Source of the DNA: Actinomycetota bacterium
Lineage (GTDB): Bacteria; Actinomycetota; Actinomycetes; Nanopelagicales; Nanopelagicaceae
Length of the DNA: 64,000 bases
Reading direction: 5' to 3'
Assembly (NCBI GenBank): GCA_010024385.1
Contig: RGHD01000002.1
Span: forward strand, 5,567 to 69,566
A program made the translations under genes and the position numbers. Below the pieces are notes generated by a model that worked only from the letters and a program-made list of their open reading frames with translations, was not told the DNA's origin and searched no databases. This document shows, one piece after another, positions 29,232 to 38,852 of this stretch (the first letter of the stretch is position 1; each line of letters starts with the position of its first letter).

Positions 29232-31610
29232 TTACGGTTTTAGTAAGGCCAGCTTTCCATTAACTGTGGCAAGTACATACTTAATTTTATTTACAGTCAC
29301 CCAGGTACTCTGAGTAGGTTCAGAGCCTTGGGTGCTCCTTATTAAGCTGATTGCAGATTGGCCAAGATCTTTCTTAGATGTATCAACGGAACACAGACGC
29401 TCTTGGCAGTTAAACAAAATTGTTTTTCCATCGGTTGATAAGTACTCACCCGGCGTTCCAAAGTTCTCAGTCGTGATCTTTGAAATCTCAAGTGGCTTGC
29501 TCAACATCGCCCAGCGCAGTTGGTTGGGCTTTGGGAATGTAGCTGCTGAGGTAGCAAGCCAGGTAATCAATACATCACCGTTTACCTTAGACATTGCAAC
29601 GTCGTAGCCAAAGACAGATGCTTCATCAGTTGCGATATCAAGGGTTTGATAGCTCCAGGTATTTGCATCACTTCCGGTTCGAGTTGCAACACGGATTGCC
29701 CCAGAAGTTATCTCTTTCTTTTGATTCATTGAAACAACAGAGTCGTAGGCAACATAGGTTTTAGCTCCATCAAATAGTGCTTGAAGATGGAAGCCAACGT
29801 CACCTGTTGTGCGACCATCAGTTTTACGGTCTCCATCAACCATTTCATAGGTCCAGCCAGGCGCTTTAGACTTTACTGCACCTAATAAAACACCTTGACT
29901 TTCATCACGATAGAAAACTTGAATGGCTGAGGCTGATGCCACACATGCATTTGAAACGCTTACATCACTTGATGTGCGCACACGTATAGGGTCTGAATAG
30001 TCATTAACAGATGGACCATCACCATCGACTACATTAAATACAAAGCTCTTGCCGTTATATGAGGCATATCTAAGATCTTTATCAGTTGTATCGCTATAGA
30101 AAAGGTGCAGTGTTTGCTTCTTACCGCTTCCATTAACGCACATTGAAATTTTGCCAGCAATTGGGTGCGAGGTGCGACCGTTTGTCCCGCCGGCACCATC
30201 CACAGTTACTTTCTTCCATACTTTGCCATCGTAAATGGCGAGTTTTAAATCACCGCTCTTGGTGTCGGTATAGGCAACCGTCGGTTGGCCATTGAAAACT
30301 GTGCTTGAAACAGATTTTCCATCTGCAGTTGTATCAATAACTGAGCTTCTCCAGCCTGCTTGTGGCGTGATTGCCTTACTTGTCGCAGCAGTTGAAATAC
30401 CTAGGGAGTTCTTTGCAACAACAGTGAAGGAGTAAGAAAGTCCATTTTTTAATCCTGTAATTACAACTGGGCTAGAAGTAGCTTTCTTTTCAACTCCAGT
30501 TTTTAGATTCTTCACAACGTACTCAGTGACTTGAGCGGTGCGGATATTTACTGGTGGGTCAAATGAAATCAGAGCGGAGGAGTCACCAATAAAAGCTTGA
30601 ACATTGCGTGGTGATTCAGGTAAGCCAGTAGCAATGCCTGCTGGTGGTTTGTTGCGCATATCTTCCATCATCGCCAATAACAAAGGTCCAGGCTCTTTAA
30701 AAATCTCACCTGGATCTAAATTAGGAGTCATTACTGAATCCAAACCAGATTTAGAAAATGTTGCCTCATCTAAATGGCTAGTTGAGGATCCAGGTTGATA
30801 ACGAGAGGGTGTATAAAGCTTTGGCTTCACACCATTATTAGCTTTAATTCCAAGTGGACCTGACCAAACAAGTGAGGATGTAAGGGCTCTACCAAGTTCA
30901 AGTGATGGTGTCGGTAAATCAGCTAGGCGTCGACCATCTTCAGTCTGTGCGTATGCATCAAAGGGAGTTGGTTGATCCAAGCTGGCAACTCCGTAGAAAG
31001 TATCGTAGGCATCATTAGATAGAAAACCCAAGCCGTGTGCGATTTCATGTAAGAAAACTGACTCCAAGTCATACTCGTTATTGCTTGGCATTCCATCCCC
31101 GCGAGTGTTCCACGCAGCGGATGAATTAACTTGAATAATCATTTCTGGGTTCGCTTTATCTAAATCTTTTCCTGCTAGAGCATTTGCTAATGCTGAGGTG
31201 TACCAAAGTGATGGATCAGGTGCACCTGAAAATCCTGAGTAGAAACTTCCTGGGCGTGCACTTCCTAAAATACCCCAAGAGCTTGAGCGACCCCATGATG
31301 CATCAATATTGATAGTCACTGTGGATGCAAAATTTGCGGCCCAGGTATCAATAGCTGCTTGTACTTCTTTTTTTGCCCACTCAGGGAAGTTATTGTACTT
31401 AACTTCAATTTTAGATTTAGCTTGCAGATTTTTAGCTGGAGTACGTTGCTCAGGTTTTGTACCTGTAGCAGTTCCTGCATAGATATGACCCCATTGAGTT
31501 GCTGGGATAACTTTAAAAAGTGCCTCAGCAGTCGGTGCAGAAAAAATTGAAGTAACAAGGGCAAGGGCAACAACGCTGGCCCGCACCTTTTTCGAGAGGA
31601 TTTTCTGCAT
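29232..31610 (-). CDS. Large secreted multidomain protein: HExxH metalloprotease-like domain + FN3 + C-terminal beta-propeller-like repeats
   Basis: It has a signal peptide (..APTAEA|L) and 'HEIAHGLGF' at aa 188-196. An FN3-like segment follows ('PRNVQAFIGDSSALISFDPP...YSFTVVAKNSLGIS'). The last ~370 aa contain recurring blades ('TVAYTD..LKLAIYDG', 'LHLFYSD..LRYASYNG', 'IQVFYRDES', 'TYVAYDSV'). Confidence 0.8.
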   Translation of the reverse strand: MQKILSKKVRASVVALALVTSIFSAPTAEALFKVIPATQWGHIYAGTATGTKPEQRTPAKNLQAKSKIEVKYNNFPEWAKKEVQAAIDTWAANFASTVTINIDASWGRSSSWGILGSARPGSFYSGFSGAPDPSLWYTSALANALAGKDLDKANPEMIIQVNSSAAWNTRGDGMPSNNEYDLESVFLHEIAHGLGFLSNDAYDTFYGVASLDQPTPFDAYAQTEDGRRLADLPTPSLELGRALTSSLVWSGPLGIKANNGVKPKLYTPSRYQPGSSTSHLDEATFSKSGLDSVMTPNLDPGEIFKEPGPLLLAMMEDMRNKPPAGIATGLPESPRNVQAFIGDSSALISFDPPVNIRTAQVTEYVVKNLKTGVEKKATSSPVVITGLKNGLSYSFTVVAKNSLGISTAATSKAITPQAGWRSSVIDTTADGKSVSSTVFNGQPTVAYTDTKSGDLKLAIYDGKVWKKVTVDGAGGTNGRTSHPIAGKISMCVNGSGKKQTLHLFYSDTTDKDLRYASYNGKSFVFNVVDGDGPSVNDYSDPIRVRTSSDVSVSNACVASASAIQVFYRDESQGVLLGAVKSKAPGWTYEMVDGDRKTDGRTTGDVGFHLQALFDGAKTYVAYDSVVSMNQKKEITSGAIRVATRTGSDANTWSYQTLDIATDEASVFGYDVAMSKVNGDVLITWLATSAATFPKPNQLRWAMLSKPLEISKITTENFGTPGEYLSTDGKTILFNCQERLCSVDTSKKDLGQSAISLIRSTQGSEPTQSTWVTVNKIKYVLATVNGKLALLKP

Positions 31611-31702
31611 AGGTGCACACTACCAAGGTGAGATGATTGCCTCATAGCCCGAGGGTTGGATTAAGCAACTCTCTAAGAAAACTGACAGGAAAGGTGAGCC
31701 CA

Positions 31703-31954
31703 ATGACAGTGATAACCGTATTCGGTAGACATGGTTGTCATTTGTGTGAGGTTGCAGTAGAAGTGCTTGAAGGTATGCAAACTGAACTTAACTTTGAAAT
31801 AGAAAAGATTTATATTGAGGGAAATACAGAGTTAGAAAAACTCTATAGTGAACAAGTTCCTGTTATTCATATCGATGGAATCCACCATGATTTCTTTAGA
31901 GTTGATCCTGAGCGGTTTAAATCTTCCCTTGAAAAACATCGTCAGCGTCAATAA
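31703..31954 (+). CDS. Glutaredoxin-like small redox protein (DUF836-type)
   Basis: It contains 'VFGRHGCHLCE', a CxxC motif at the start of a thioredoxin fold. I prefer ATG 31703, which is preceded by GGAAAGGTGAG, over the TTG at 31637. Confidence 0.7.
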   Translation: MTVITVFGRHGCHLCEVAVEVLEGMQTELNFEIEKIYIEGNTELEKLYSEQVPVIHIDGIHHDFFRVDPERFKSSLEKHRQRQ

Positions 31955-33566
31955 TTTTGTAAGAGTAACCCTGCTCAGCTAAAAAGCGTTGGCGGTTCTG
32001 TGCAAAATCTTGATCGATAGTATCTCTGGAAACTACAGAATAAAACGTTGCCGAGCGCCCATCGGACTTGGGACGCAAGATACGACCTAAACGTTGTGCT
32101 TCTTCTTGACGGCTACCAAATGCACCACTTACCTGAATAGCGATAGTTGCATCAGGTAAATCAATAGAAAAGTTAGCTACTTTGGAAACAACCAGCGTGG
32201 TTACCTCACCTGATCTAAATTGGTTAAAGAGAATTTCACGTTCTTTGACTGGGGTCTCACCTTTAATTACTGGCACCCCTAGAACCTCAGAAAGTTCATC
32301 TAACTGGTCAATGTATTGACCGATTACCAAAATCTGCTCACCTTGGTGTTTCTTGACAAGTGCTTCCACAACATCGCGCTTTGTGCGAGTAGTTGCGCAA
32401 TAGCGATAGCGATTTTCAACTTCAGCTGTTGCATAGGACAAGCGCTCAGATTCTGTCAGGTTTACTCGCACTTCAATGCACTCCGCTGGTGCGATATATC
32501 CCTGAGTTTCTATTTCTTTCCAGGGAACATCAAAGCGCTTAGGGCCGATGAGTGAGAAGACCTCACCTTCCATTCCATCCTCGCGTACCAAAGTGGCAGT
32601 TAAACCTAAACGGCGACGGGATTGGATATCTGCGGTGAAGCGAAAAATTGGTGCTGGCAAAAGGTGAACTTCATCGTAAATAATCAATCCCCAGTCATAT
32701 GAATCAAAGAGATCAAGGTGGGCGTAAACACCGTTCTTTTTCTTTGTCATCACTTGATAGGTAGCAATAGTTACGGGCCGAATCTCTTTCTTAGCACCTG
32801 AATATTCGCCAATTTCATCTTCATTTAAGGTTGTTCGCTTGAGTAGCTCTTCGCGCCACTGTCTTGCCGCAACTGTATTTGTCACCAAAATCAATGTTGT
32901 GGCCTTGGCATGTGCCATGGCTGCTGCGCCAACAATTGTCTTTCCAGCACCGCACGGCAAAACAACTACACCTGAGCCACCATGCCAAAAACCTTCAGCG
33001 GCTAACTCTTGATAAGGACGAATCTTCCAATCCTCTTGCTTGAGTGCAATTTCATGTGCTTGACCATCGACATAGCCAGCAAAGTCTTCTGCTGGCCAAC
33101 CAAGGCGAAGTAATGATTGCTTAATCTGTCCACGCTGGCTTGGCAAGACAGCAATCGTTTCTTTATCAATGCGTGCACCCAGTAAAGGTTGAATTTTCTT
33201 AGCGCGAATAACTTCTTCAAGAACTGCAGAATCCGTTGTTACAAGAATTAATCCATGGACTGGATCTGCTTCAAGGCGCAAACGTCCGTAGCGAGACATA
33301 GTCTCTGCAACATCAATCAATATTGAATGTGGAACGGCGTAACGTGAATACTTAATTAATGTGTCGATTACTTGCTCTGCATCATGGCCAGCAGCACGTG
33401 CATTCCATAAACCAAGTGGAGTTAAACGGTACGTGTGAATGTGCTCAGGTGAGCGCTCTAGTTCGGCAAAAGGTGCAATTGCACGGCGGCACTCTGTAGA
33501 AAGCGGATGATCGATATCTAAGAGCAGCGTTTTATCGCTTTGGACGATTAACGGGCCATCAGTCAT
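31917..33566 (-). CDS. ercc3: XPB/Ercc3-type SF2 DNA helicase
   Basis: It has motif I 'LPCGAGKT' and motif II 'IIYDEVHLL'. The N-terminal damage-recognition-like domain begins 'MTDGPLIVQSDKTLLLD'. The helicase C-domain contains 'VSKVANFSIDLPDA'. Confidence 0.9.
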   Translation of the reverse strand: MTDGPLIVQSDKTLLLDIDHPLSTECRRAIAPFAELERSPEHIHTYRLTPLGLWNARAAGHDAEQVIDTLIKYSRYAVPHSILIDVAETMSRYGRLRLEADPVHGLILVTTDSAVLEEVIRAKKIQPLLGARIDKETIAVLPSQRGQIKQSLLRLGWPAEDFAGYVDGQAHEIALKQEDWKIRPYQELAAEGFWHGGSGVVVLPCGAGKTIVGAAAMAHAKATTLILVTNTVAARQWREELLKRTTLNEDEIGEYSGAKKEIRPVTIATYQVMTKKKNGVYAHLDLFDSYDWGLIIYDEVHLLPAPIFRFTADIQSRRRLGLTATLVREDGMEGEVFSLIGPKRFDVPWKEIETQGYIAPAECIEVRVNLTESERLSYATAEVENRYRYCATTRTKRDVVEALVKKHQGEQILVIGQYIDQLDELSEVLGVPVIKGETPVKEREILFNQFRSGEVTTLVVSKVANFSIDLPDATIAIQVSGAFGSRQEEAQRLGRILRPKSDGRSATFYSVVSRDTIDQDFAQNRQRFLAEQGYSYKIIDADDVFQGKI

Positions 33567-34620
33567 CTAATAGATCCTTAATCAAGGCGTTGAGTAACTT
33601 GCTTCTAATCTCAAGAACGCTGATATCCACCCATTCATGGGCAGCATGGGCACCATCACCGATTGCGCCTAAACCATCTAGAACTTGAGCGCCTGCTGCA
33701 GCTGCGAAGTTACCATCGCTGGCTCCGCCAACGGAGGCGTGGCCAAGATGAGGCATTCCTAATTCTTTAGCTACTTTTTCTGCACGCTCATAGAGGGCCA
33801 TAGTTGAAGAAGTCTCAAGTGGTGGTCGGTTAAAGCCACCAGTGATTTCATAACGTGCATCGGCATTAACAGCCTTTAAATTTCTAATTGCTGCATCAAC
33901 GCGCTTTAGATCATCCATTGAATAAGAACGGACATCTATATCTAGCACAGCTAAATCTGGAACTGTGTTTGTAGTGTTTCCAGCACGCAACATCGTAGGG
34001 ACAACGGTTGTTCCATGCTCTTTATTTTCAAGAGCTGCAACAGCGATAATTGCATGGGCCATCTCAACTGTGGAGTTAATTCCCTTTTCTGGTTCAAGTC
34101 CAGCATGTGATGCTTTGCCGTGAATCTTAATTTGATACATTGCCGTGCCTTTGCGGCCAGTCTTAACCATTCCATTGAGAGATGCTTCTAGGACTAAAAC
34201 TGCTTTGGCTTTCGATGAGATCTCTTTGATGAATTCTCTACTTGTTGCACTACCAGTTTCTTCATCTGTAGTTGCAACTAATGCCGCAGAGCCAGTGATG
34301 CCCTTCATTGCATATAGGGCTTGAATAAATCCTGCTTTCATATCAAAAATTCCAGGACCAGTTGCTTTGTTTCCTTCAACTTTCCAAAGTGGGGTAAAGG
34401 AGCCCTTAGGCCAGACTGTGTCTAAGTGAGCCAACACAACTACGTCAGGATTTTCTGCGCCCCACCAGAAAACTGGACGACCATTAACGTCACGGATTTG
34501 TGCAGGAGTTCCAAGAATTTTTGCTGCAAGTTCACTTGCCAACCGCACTACGTCTTGGCATGCCGCTAGATCTTCAGTTGGTGATTCCAACTTCACTAGA
34601 GCTTCAAGGGCGGCCAACAT
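33559..34620 (-). CDS. M20-family metallopeptidase (CPG2-like)
   Basis: It contains 'VVLAHLDTVWPKG', 'TDEETGS' and 'KASHAG', the metal and catalytic motifs of M20. Its stop overlaps the XPB start by 8 nt. Confidence 0.85.
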   Translation of the reverse strand: MLAALEALVKLESPTEDLAACQDVVRLASELAAKILGTPAQIRDVNGRPVFWWGAENPDVVVLAHLDTVWPKGSFTPLWKVEGNKATGPGIFDMKAGFIQALYAMKGITGSAALVATTDEETGSATSREFIKEISSKAKAVLVLEASLNGMVKTGRKGTAMYQIKIHGKASHAGLEPEKGINSTVEMAHAIIAVAALENKEHGTTVVPTMLRAGNTTNTVPDLAVLDIDVRSYSMDDLKRVDAAIRNLKAVNADARYEITGGFNRPPLETSSTMALYERAEKVAKELGMPHLGHASVGGASDGNFAAAAGAQVLDGLGAIGDGAHAAHEWVDISVLEIRSKLLNALIKDLLDD

Positions 34621-34629
34621 GGGTTAATC

Positions 34630-36825
34630 CTATAGCGGCGCAACGCCGGTGATGCGGGGGATTCTGAAGGATTGGACTTCACCGGTTGCATGATCGCGAG
34701 CAATTAACGCACCTGCGCTTACACGTATTGGATCAATGATTCGGTGAGTAACCGCGCCATTGTTATCGGCATATCCAATAGAAAGTGATTTTTCCTCCAA
34801 GATGTATTTATTCACCAAATCCATAGTTTCATTTGCTGTGGTGCGAGGCAGGGCACCCAAAGCTTCATTAGCAGCTTGTCGCAAATGAGCTTGCTTGTGA
34901 GTTGATTTTTCACCAGTTCGAATTGCTCGAATTGCAGCGTTCAAATTCTCTTCGGTTGGTATTTCTATCTCACCAATTACTCGAGGAGGTCGAGGTTTAG
35001 TCAGTGCACGATTTGATCGTGGACCAGTGAGCATAATTCCAGTTGCTGATTCACCTGCAGGAAGGTAACCAGCCTCACGCAAAATACGCATCGTGTCAGT
35101 TGCATCGTGATCACAGATGACAACTTCAGGCGCGATACGGCGTAGTTCAAGAATCTCTAATCTCTTATCATTCATAATCTGAGAAATAAGAGCAGTGTCT
35201 TCACAGCGTATAAAAGCCGAAGTGTTTCCAACTCGTAACTTGCCATGTTTTTTAGAAACATCGGCAATGAGATATTCCAATGGTTGTGGCATAGGGGTCT
35301 TGGAAGTCTTAGTTAAGAAAACCTTAATTTCATCCCCAGTTTTGCCATGATCTAGTGCTCGGCGAATTGTTGCTTCGTTAAAGCGATAGACCGTTGCACC
35401 CCCACGACTTTCAATATCGGCCATCATGGCAAGTTGCTGTGAAATTTCATGTTCTAGTGGACCGGGAGCAATTGCAGTGTTATCGCTCTGAATCAAAATA
35501 TGGTCCACAGTTTTAGGTAGGTCTTCATTAATGATTGTTAAATCTTCACCGCCTAAAAATTCAATACCGTATTTAGAGATTGCGCCTTGCCCAGTAATTC
35601 CGAGCCATTCAGCCTCTCGCAGAGTCCAACTAGCTAACTCTTCTTGCAGGGATGAATTACGGCGCACAGGAGCACGCCAAGCAATCACTTCATTAAATGA
35701 TGCAAGCTCTGGAGCAATTCCTTGATTCTCATTAAGAATGGCCAGAGTTAATGCACGTACTTTCGATGCATTTGCTCGATCTAGCTCAGGCCCTAGCGCT
35801 GCAACGTTTTTGGACTCAGCTCGGCCGACCAATCCGCTCACGCGCGAAGTAATAAGCCATTGGGAAGCAAGAACTTGCCAACGATCTGCCGGGGTTTGCA
35901 TTAACCAGATATCAAATTTATTGCTTGGCATTATTCGATCTTGTGAATCAAAACTAATAAGTGAAGCAAGATAAGCAAGCTCAGCAATGAAGGCTGTGCA
36001 GGATTCATCCACCCCTAGATGATTAGACAGAATTTTTAAATCGCGAACTCCTAAACCACCTGCGCGCAGCGCATCGGATGGTTCATCTGCCCAGAAATTA
36101 AGAAGTTCTTCTACCCAACGCAAAACTGTGGAGATATTTGCAATGGCTGCAAGGTTGACTTGTTGTTCATTGCGCTTAGCACCGGCTAACTTTGGCTGAA
36201 CAATAAAGTTTTCTTTATGAACTTTGCCACCACGCAGATGTATTGCTACTTCGCGAGGCAAAATAACTGTTCGCTGATCTAGTGGCACAAGGAATTTTTG
36301 TTCTAAAAGCCACGCAACTCCTGGGCCAGGATTCTTAATATCTCCAACGCTTCCGCGCGGAGGTCCCCAAATTAATCTCTCTAGAACTTTCTTTGCCTCG
36401 GGTGGAGCCTTTTCAACTTCAGCTACTTTAATTTTTGCAACTGATGCAGGTCCAAGGCCCGCAGGCTCGTTACCAATGACATCGCGAAGTTGTGAAGGTA
36501 AACGCATTCCATCATCAGATGGATAGATCAGACCAATAGAAATCAGGTGATCTAAGGCTAAGGATGCAGCTTTATCTGTTATCGCAACAATACTTTTTAA
36601 GGAAAAAGGCTCATTAAGCGCGGCTGCAGCTTCTAAAACTTGGAACTGCCACTGATTTAGAGAATCAATTGCACGAGCCAAACTAGGAGCAGAGCATGCA
36701 CGAACGGCAAGGGATGCGATGTCTGGCGGCACAGGAGTTACTAAATCTGGGCGAGCAGAAAATAGATTAAATAAGGCAGCATCATCGATACTACGTAAGT
36801 AGTCGGAGAAGGAGCGCATTTCCAT
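34630..36825 (-). CDS. Helicase-associated protein of unknown function (Rv0862c-like XPB neighbour) with WYL-like C-terminal module
   Basis: It is 731 aa with no catalytic motif I recognise. The C-terminus 'IGYADNNGAVTHRIIDPIRVSAGALIARDHATGEVQSFRIPRITGV' follows the WYL-domain pattern. It is the first gene of the operon that ends with XPB. Confidence 0.65.
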   Translation of the reverse strand: MEMRSFSDYLRSIDDAALFNLFSARPDLVTPVPPDIASLAVRACSAPSLARAIDSLNQWQFQVLEAAAALNEPFSLKSIVAITDKAASLALDHLISIGLIYPSDDGMRLPSQLRDVIGNEPAGLGPASVAKIKVAEVEKAPPEAKKVLERLIWGPPRGSVGDIKNPGPGVAWLLEQKFLVPLDQRTVILPREVAIHLRGGKVHKENFIVQPKLAGAKRNEQQVNLAAIANISTVLRWVEELLNFWADEPSDALRAGGLGVRDLKILSNHLGVDESCTAFIAELAYLASLISFDSQDRIMPSNKFDIWLMQTPADRWQVLASQWLITSRVSGLVGRAESKNVAALGPELDRANASKVRALTLAILNENQGIAPELASFNEVIAWRAPVRRNSSLQEELASWTLREAEWLGITGQGAISKYGIEFLGGEDLTIINEDLPKTVDHILIQSDNTAIAPGPLEHEISQQLAMMADIESRGGATVYRFNEATIRRALDHGKTGDEIKVFLTKTSKTPMPQPLEYLIADVSKKHGKLRVGNTSAFIRCEDTALISQIMNDKRLEILELRRIAPEVVICDHDATDTMRILREAGYLPAGESATGIMLTGPRSNRALTKPRPPRVIGEIEIPTEENLNAAIRAIRTGEKSTHKQAHLRQAANEALGALPRTTANETMDLVNKYILEEKSLSIGYADNNGAVTHRIIDPIRVSAGALIARDHATGEVQSFRIPRITGVAPL

Positions 36826-36865
36826 AACTTGCCTACATTACTGGCATTTAGCGTTTAGGGGTTAA

Positions 36866-37633
36866 TCAACGACGCTTTCTGCGGGGGGTCAACCATGTTC
36901 CAAGGGCTGCAAGTCGCACAACAACAGGAGAGACGAACTTGCTTAAATAACGGGCACGGCGGAAATCATGGATTGGCCAACCTTCAGCCATCGCGCGCAA
37001 CGACAAGATTGCATCTGGATTAATTGCCGATGGATGTCCCACGCATTGCAGTAATGGAAGGTCATTGTGGCTATCTGAATATGAGTAACATTGATTGAGA
37101 TCTAAATTTTTCTTTTCTGCAAGTTCGCGAACCGCAACAGCTTTTTCTTTTCCATGTAAGAGAAGTCCCAACATGGCGCCAGTGTATTTTCCATCTTTAG
37201 TTTCAGCTTTACTGCCAAGTGCTCCAGTAAAACCTAATCTTTGTGCCATAAGTACTGCCATATCTTCTGGCGCTGCAGTAACTAACCAAACCTCTTCACC
37301 GGCTGCTAAATGTTTTTGAGCGATGTCAATAGTTCCTTGCCAAAGAGCAGGTGAGACATATTGATCATAAATCTCTTGTGCGATCTTTAATATGTCTTCA
37401 ACACTGTGGCCACCAATAAATTCTGTGGCAGCATCTTGAAAGCGCTCAATCTCTTCTCTATTTTCTTTACCAGTTAGACGAAATCTAAGGTTGGCCAAAA
37501 CGAAGCGCGAAATATCCTTCTTTGTGAAATATCCACGCTGATACATGCCCTTACCCAGGAAGTAGAGGGTTGAGCCGCGAATCAGGGTGTTATCTACATC
37601 AAAAAAGGCTGCCCGCTTAGCCGTGAGTGCCAT
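36866..37633 (-). CDS. HAD-IB family hydrolase (SerB-like phosphatase)
   Basis: It has the DxDxT motif 'FFDVDNTLI', motif II 'LVTAAP' and motif IV 'YSDSHNDLP'. Confidence 0.8.
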   Translation of the reverse strand: MALTAKRAAFFDVDNTLIRGSTLYFLGKGMYQRGYFTKKDISRFVLANLRFRLTGKENREEIERFQDAATEFIGGHSVEDILKIAQEIYDQYVSPALWQGTIDIAQKHLAAGEEVWLVTAAPEDMAVLMAQRLGFTGALGSKAETKDGKYTGAMLGLLLHGKEKAVAVRELAEKKNLDLNQCYSYSDSHNDLPLLQCVGHPSAINPDAILSLRAMAEGWPIHDFRRARYLSKFVSPVVVRLAALGTWLTPRRKRR

Positions 37634-37683
37634 GTCACTACCTTAACGAACTTGCATCAATTGGGACGCTTTATGCTTTACCA

Positions 37684-38307
37684 ATGAGTTCAACAGTTCA
37701 TGTCCTCCGCCACGGTGAAGTAGAAAATCCCAACAAGATTCTCTATGGCCGTCAACCTGGTTGGGGTCTTTCTGCCCGCGGGCAAGAAATGGCACAAACA
37801 TTGGCTGATTGGTCTCGAACTATTGATCTAGGCGCTCTCCATGTTTCTCCACTGCAACGAGCACAAGAAACTGCTGCGCCAATTGCTGCTGCACATAAGA
37901 TTGCAATTACTACGGATGAGCGATTAATTGAAGCTGCAAATGTTTTTGAAGGAAAACCTTTTGGTGTGGGAGATGGTGTTTTGAAGCATCCATCTTCATG
38001 GCGTCACTTGTGGAATCCATGGAAACCATCATGGGGTGAACCCTACGACCAACAAATCAATCGAATGCTGGCTGCAGTCTTTGCTGCGCGAGATGCAGCT
38101 AATGGCAAAGATGCAATTGTTGTTTCACATCAACTTCCAATTTGGATTCTAAGAAGTGCAATTGAGAATCGCAGATTGCTCCATGACCCACGCCGTCGTG
38201 AGTGTTCATTAGCATCAGTAACGAGCATTCATTTTGACGATGATGGTTTTATCTCAGGACTTACCTACTCTGAACCAGCACGTCATTTGTTGCCAAAGAA
38301 GAATTGA
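37684..38307 (+). CDS. Histidine phosphatase (phosphoglycerate mutase family)
   Basis: It has the 'LRHGE' catalytic RHG motif and 'VSHQLPI'. I prefer ATG 37684 over the track start 37627, which overlaps the divergent HAD gene. Confidence 0.8.
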   Translation: MSSTVHVLRHGEVENPNKILYGRQPGWGLSARGQEMAQTLADWSRTIDLGALHVSPLQRAQETAAPIAAAHKIAITTDERLIEAANVFEGKPFGVGDGVLKHPSSWRHLWNPWKPSWGEPYDQQINRMLAAVFAARDAANGKDAIVVSHQLPIWILRSAIENRRLLHDPRRRECSLASVTSIHFDDDGFISGLTYSEPARHLLPKKN

Positions 38308-38852
38308 TGAAACCTGGAATTAAGACTGTAGCTCTTTTAGCTACTGCGCTTTTGCTCACTTCTTGTGGAGGTGGTGGAACTTCTAGTTCGCAAGAATCCT
38401 TTGTCTCCGGAAATGGTGCTGTAACTTTTATTAAGCCAGAGAAAAGAGTTGAAGCACCGGCCTTGTCTGGAATGACCTTGTCTGGAACTAACTACACGTA
38501 CTCAGTTGGCAAGGTCGCGGTGGTAAATGTCTGGGCTTCTTGGTGTTCACCATGCAGAGCAGAGGCTCCAACTCTTGCGGCACTTGCCAATAAATATAGC
38601 GATGTTGCATTTATAGGAATTTTGACGCGCGATAACCCTGCAACTGCTGAAGCATTCCAGAGACGGTTTTCACTTCCCTATCCCACTCTTATTGATGATT
38701 CACTATTAATAGGCTTTAAAGGATCACTTCCAGCAAATGCCATCCCTTCAACAGTGATTATTGATAAGGCTGGCAGAGTTGCAGCTCGTATATCTGGCGT
38801 AGTAACTGTTGCTTCTCTTTCAGATCTCATTGAGAGGGTGAGCGGGGAATGA
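38304..38852 (+). CDS. resA: Thiol-disulfide oxidoreductase lipoprotein (ResA/TlpA-like)
   Basis: It has the lipobox 'LLLTSC' and the thioredoxin motif 'WASWCSPC'. It precedes ccdA-resB-ccsA. Confidence 0.85.
   Translation: MMKPGIKTVALLATALLLTSCGGGGTSSSQESFVSGNGAVTFIKPEKRVEAPALSGMTLSGTNYTYSVGKVAVVNVWASWCSPCRAEAPTLAALANKYSDVAFIGILTRDNPATAEAFQRRFSLPYPTLIDDSLLIGFKGSLPANAIPSTVIIDKAGRVAARISGVVTVASLSDLIERVSGE

Noticed and set aside
31637-31702. A TTG start at 31637 would give a 105-aa glutaredoxin-like protein.
   Set aside because: The extension (MPHSPRVGLSNSLRKLTGKVSP) is not thioredoxin-fold sequence. ATG 31703 has a good GGAAAGGTGAG SD and places the CxxC motif at the usual position.
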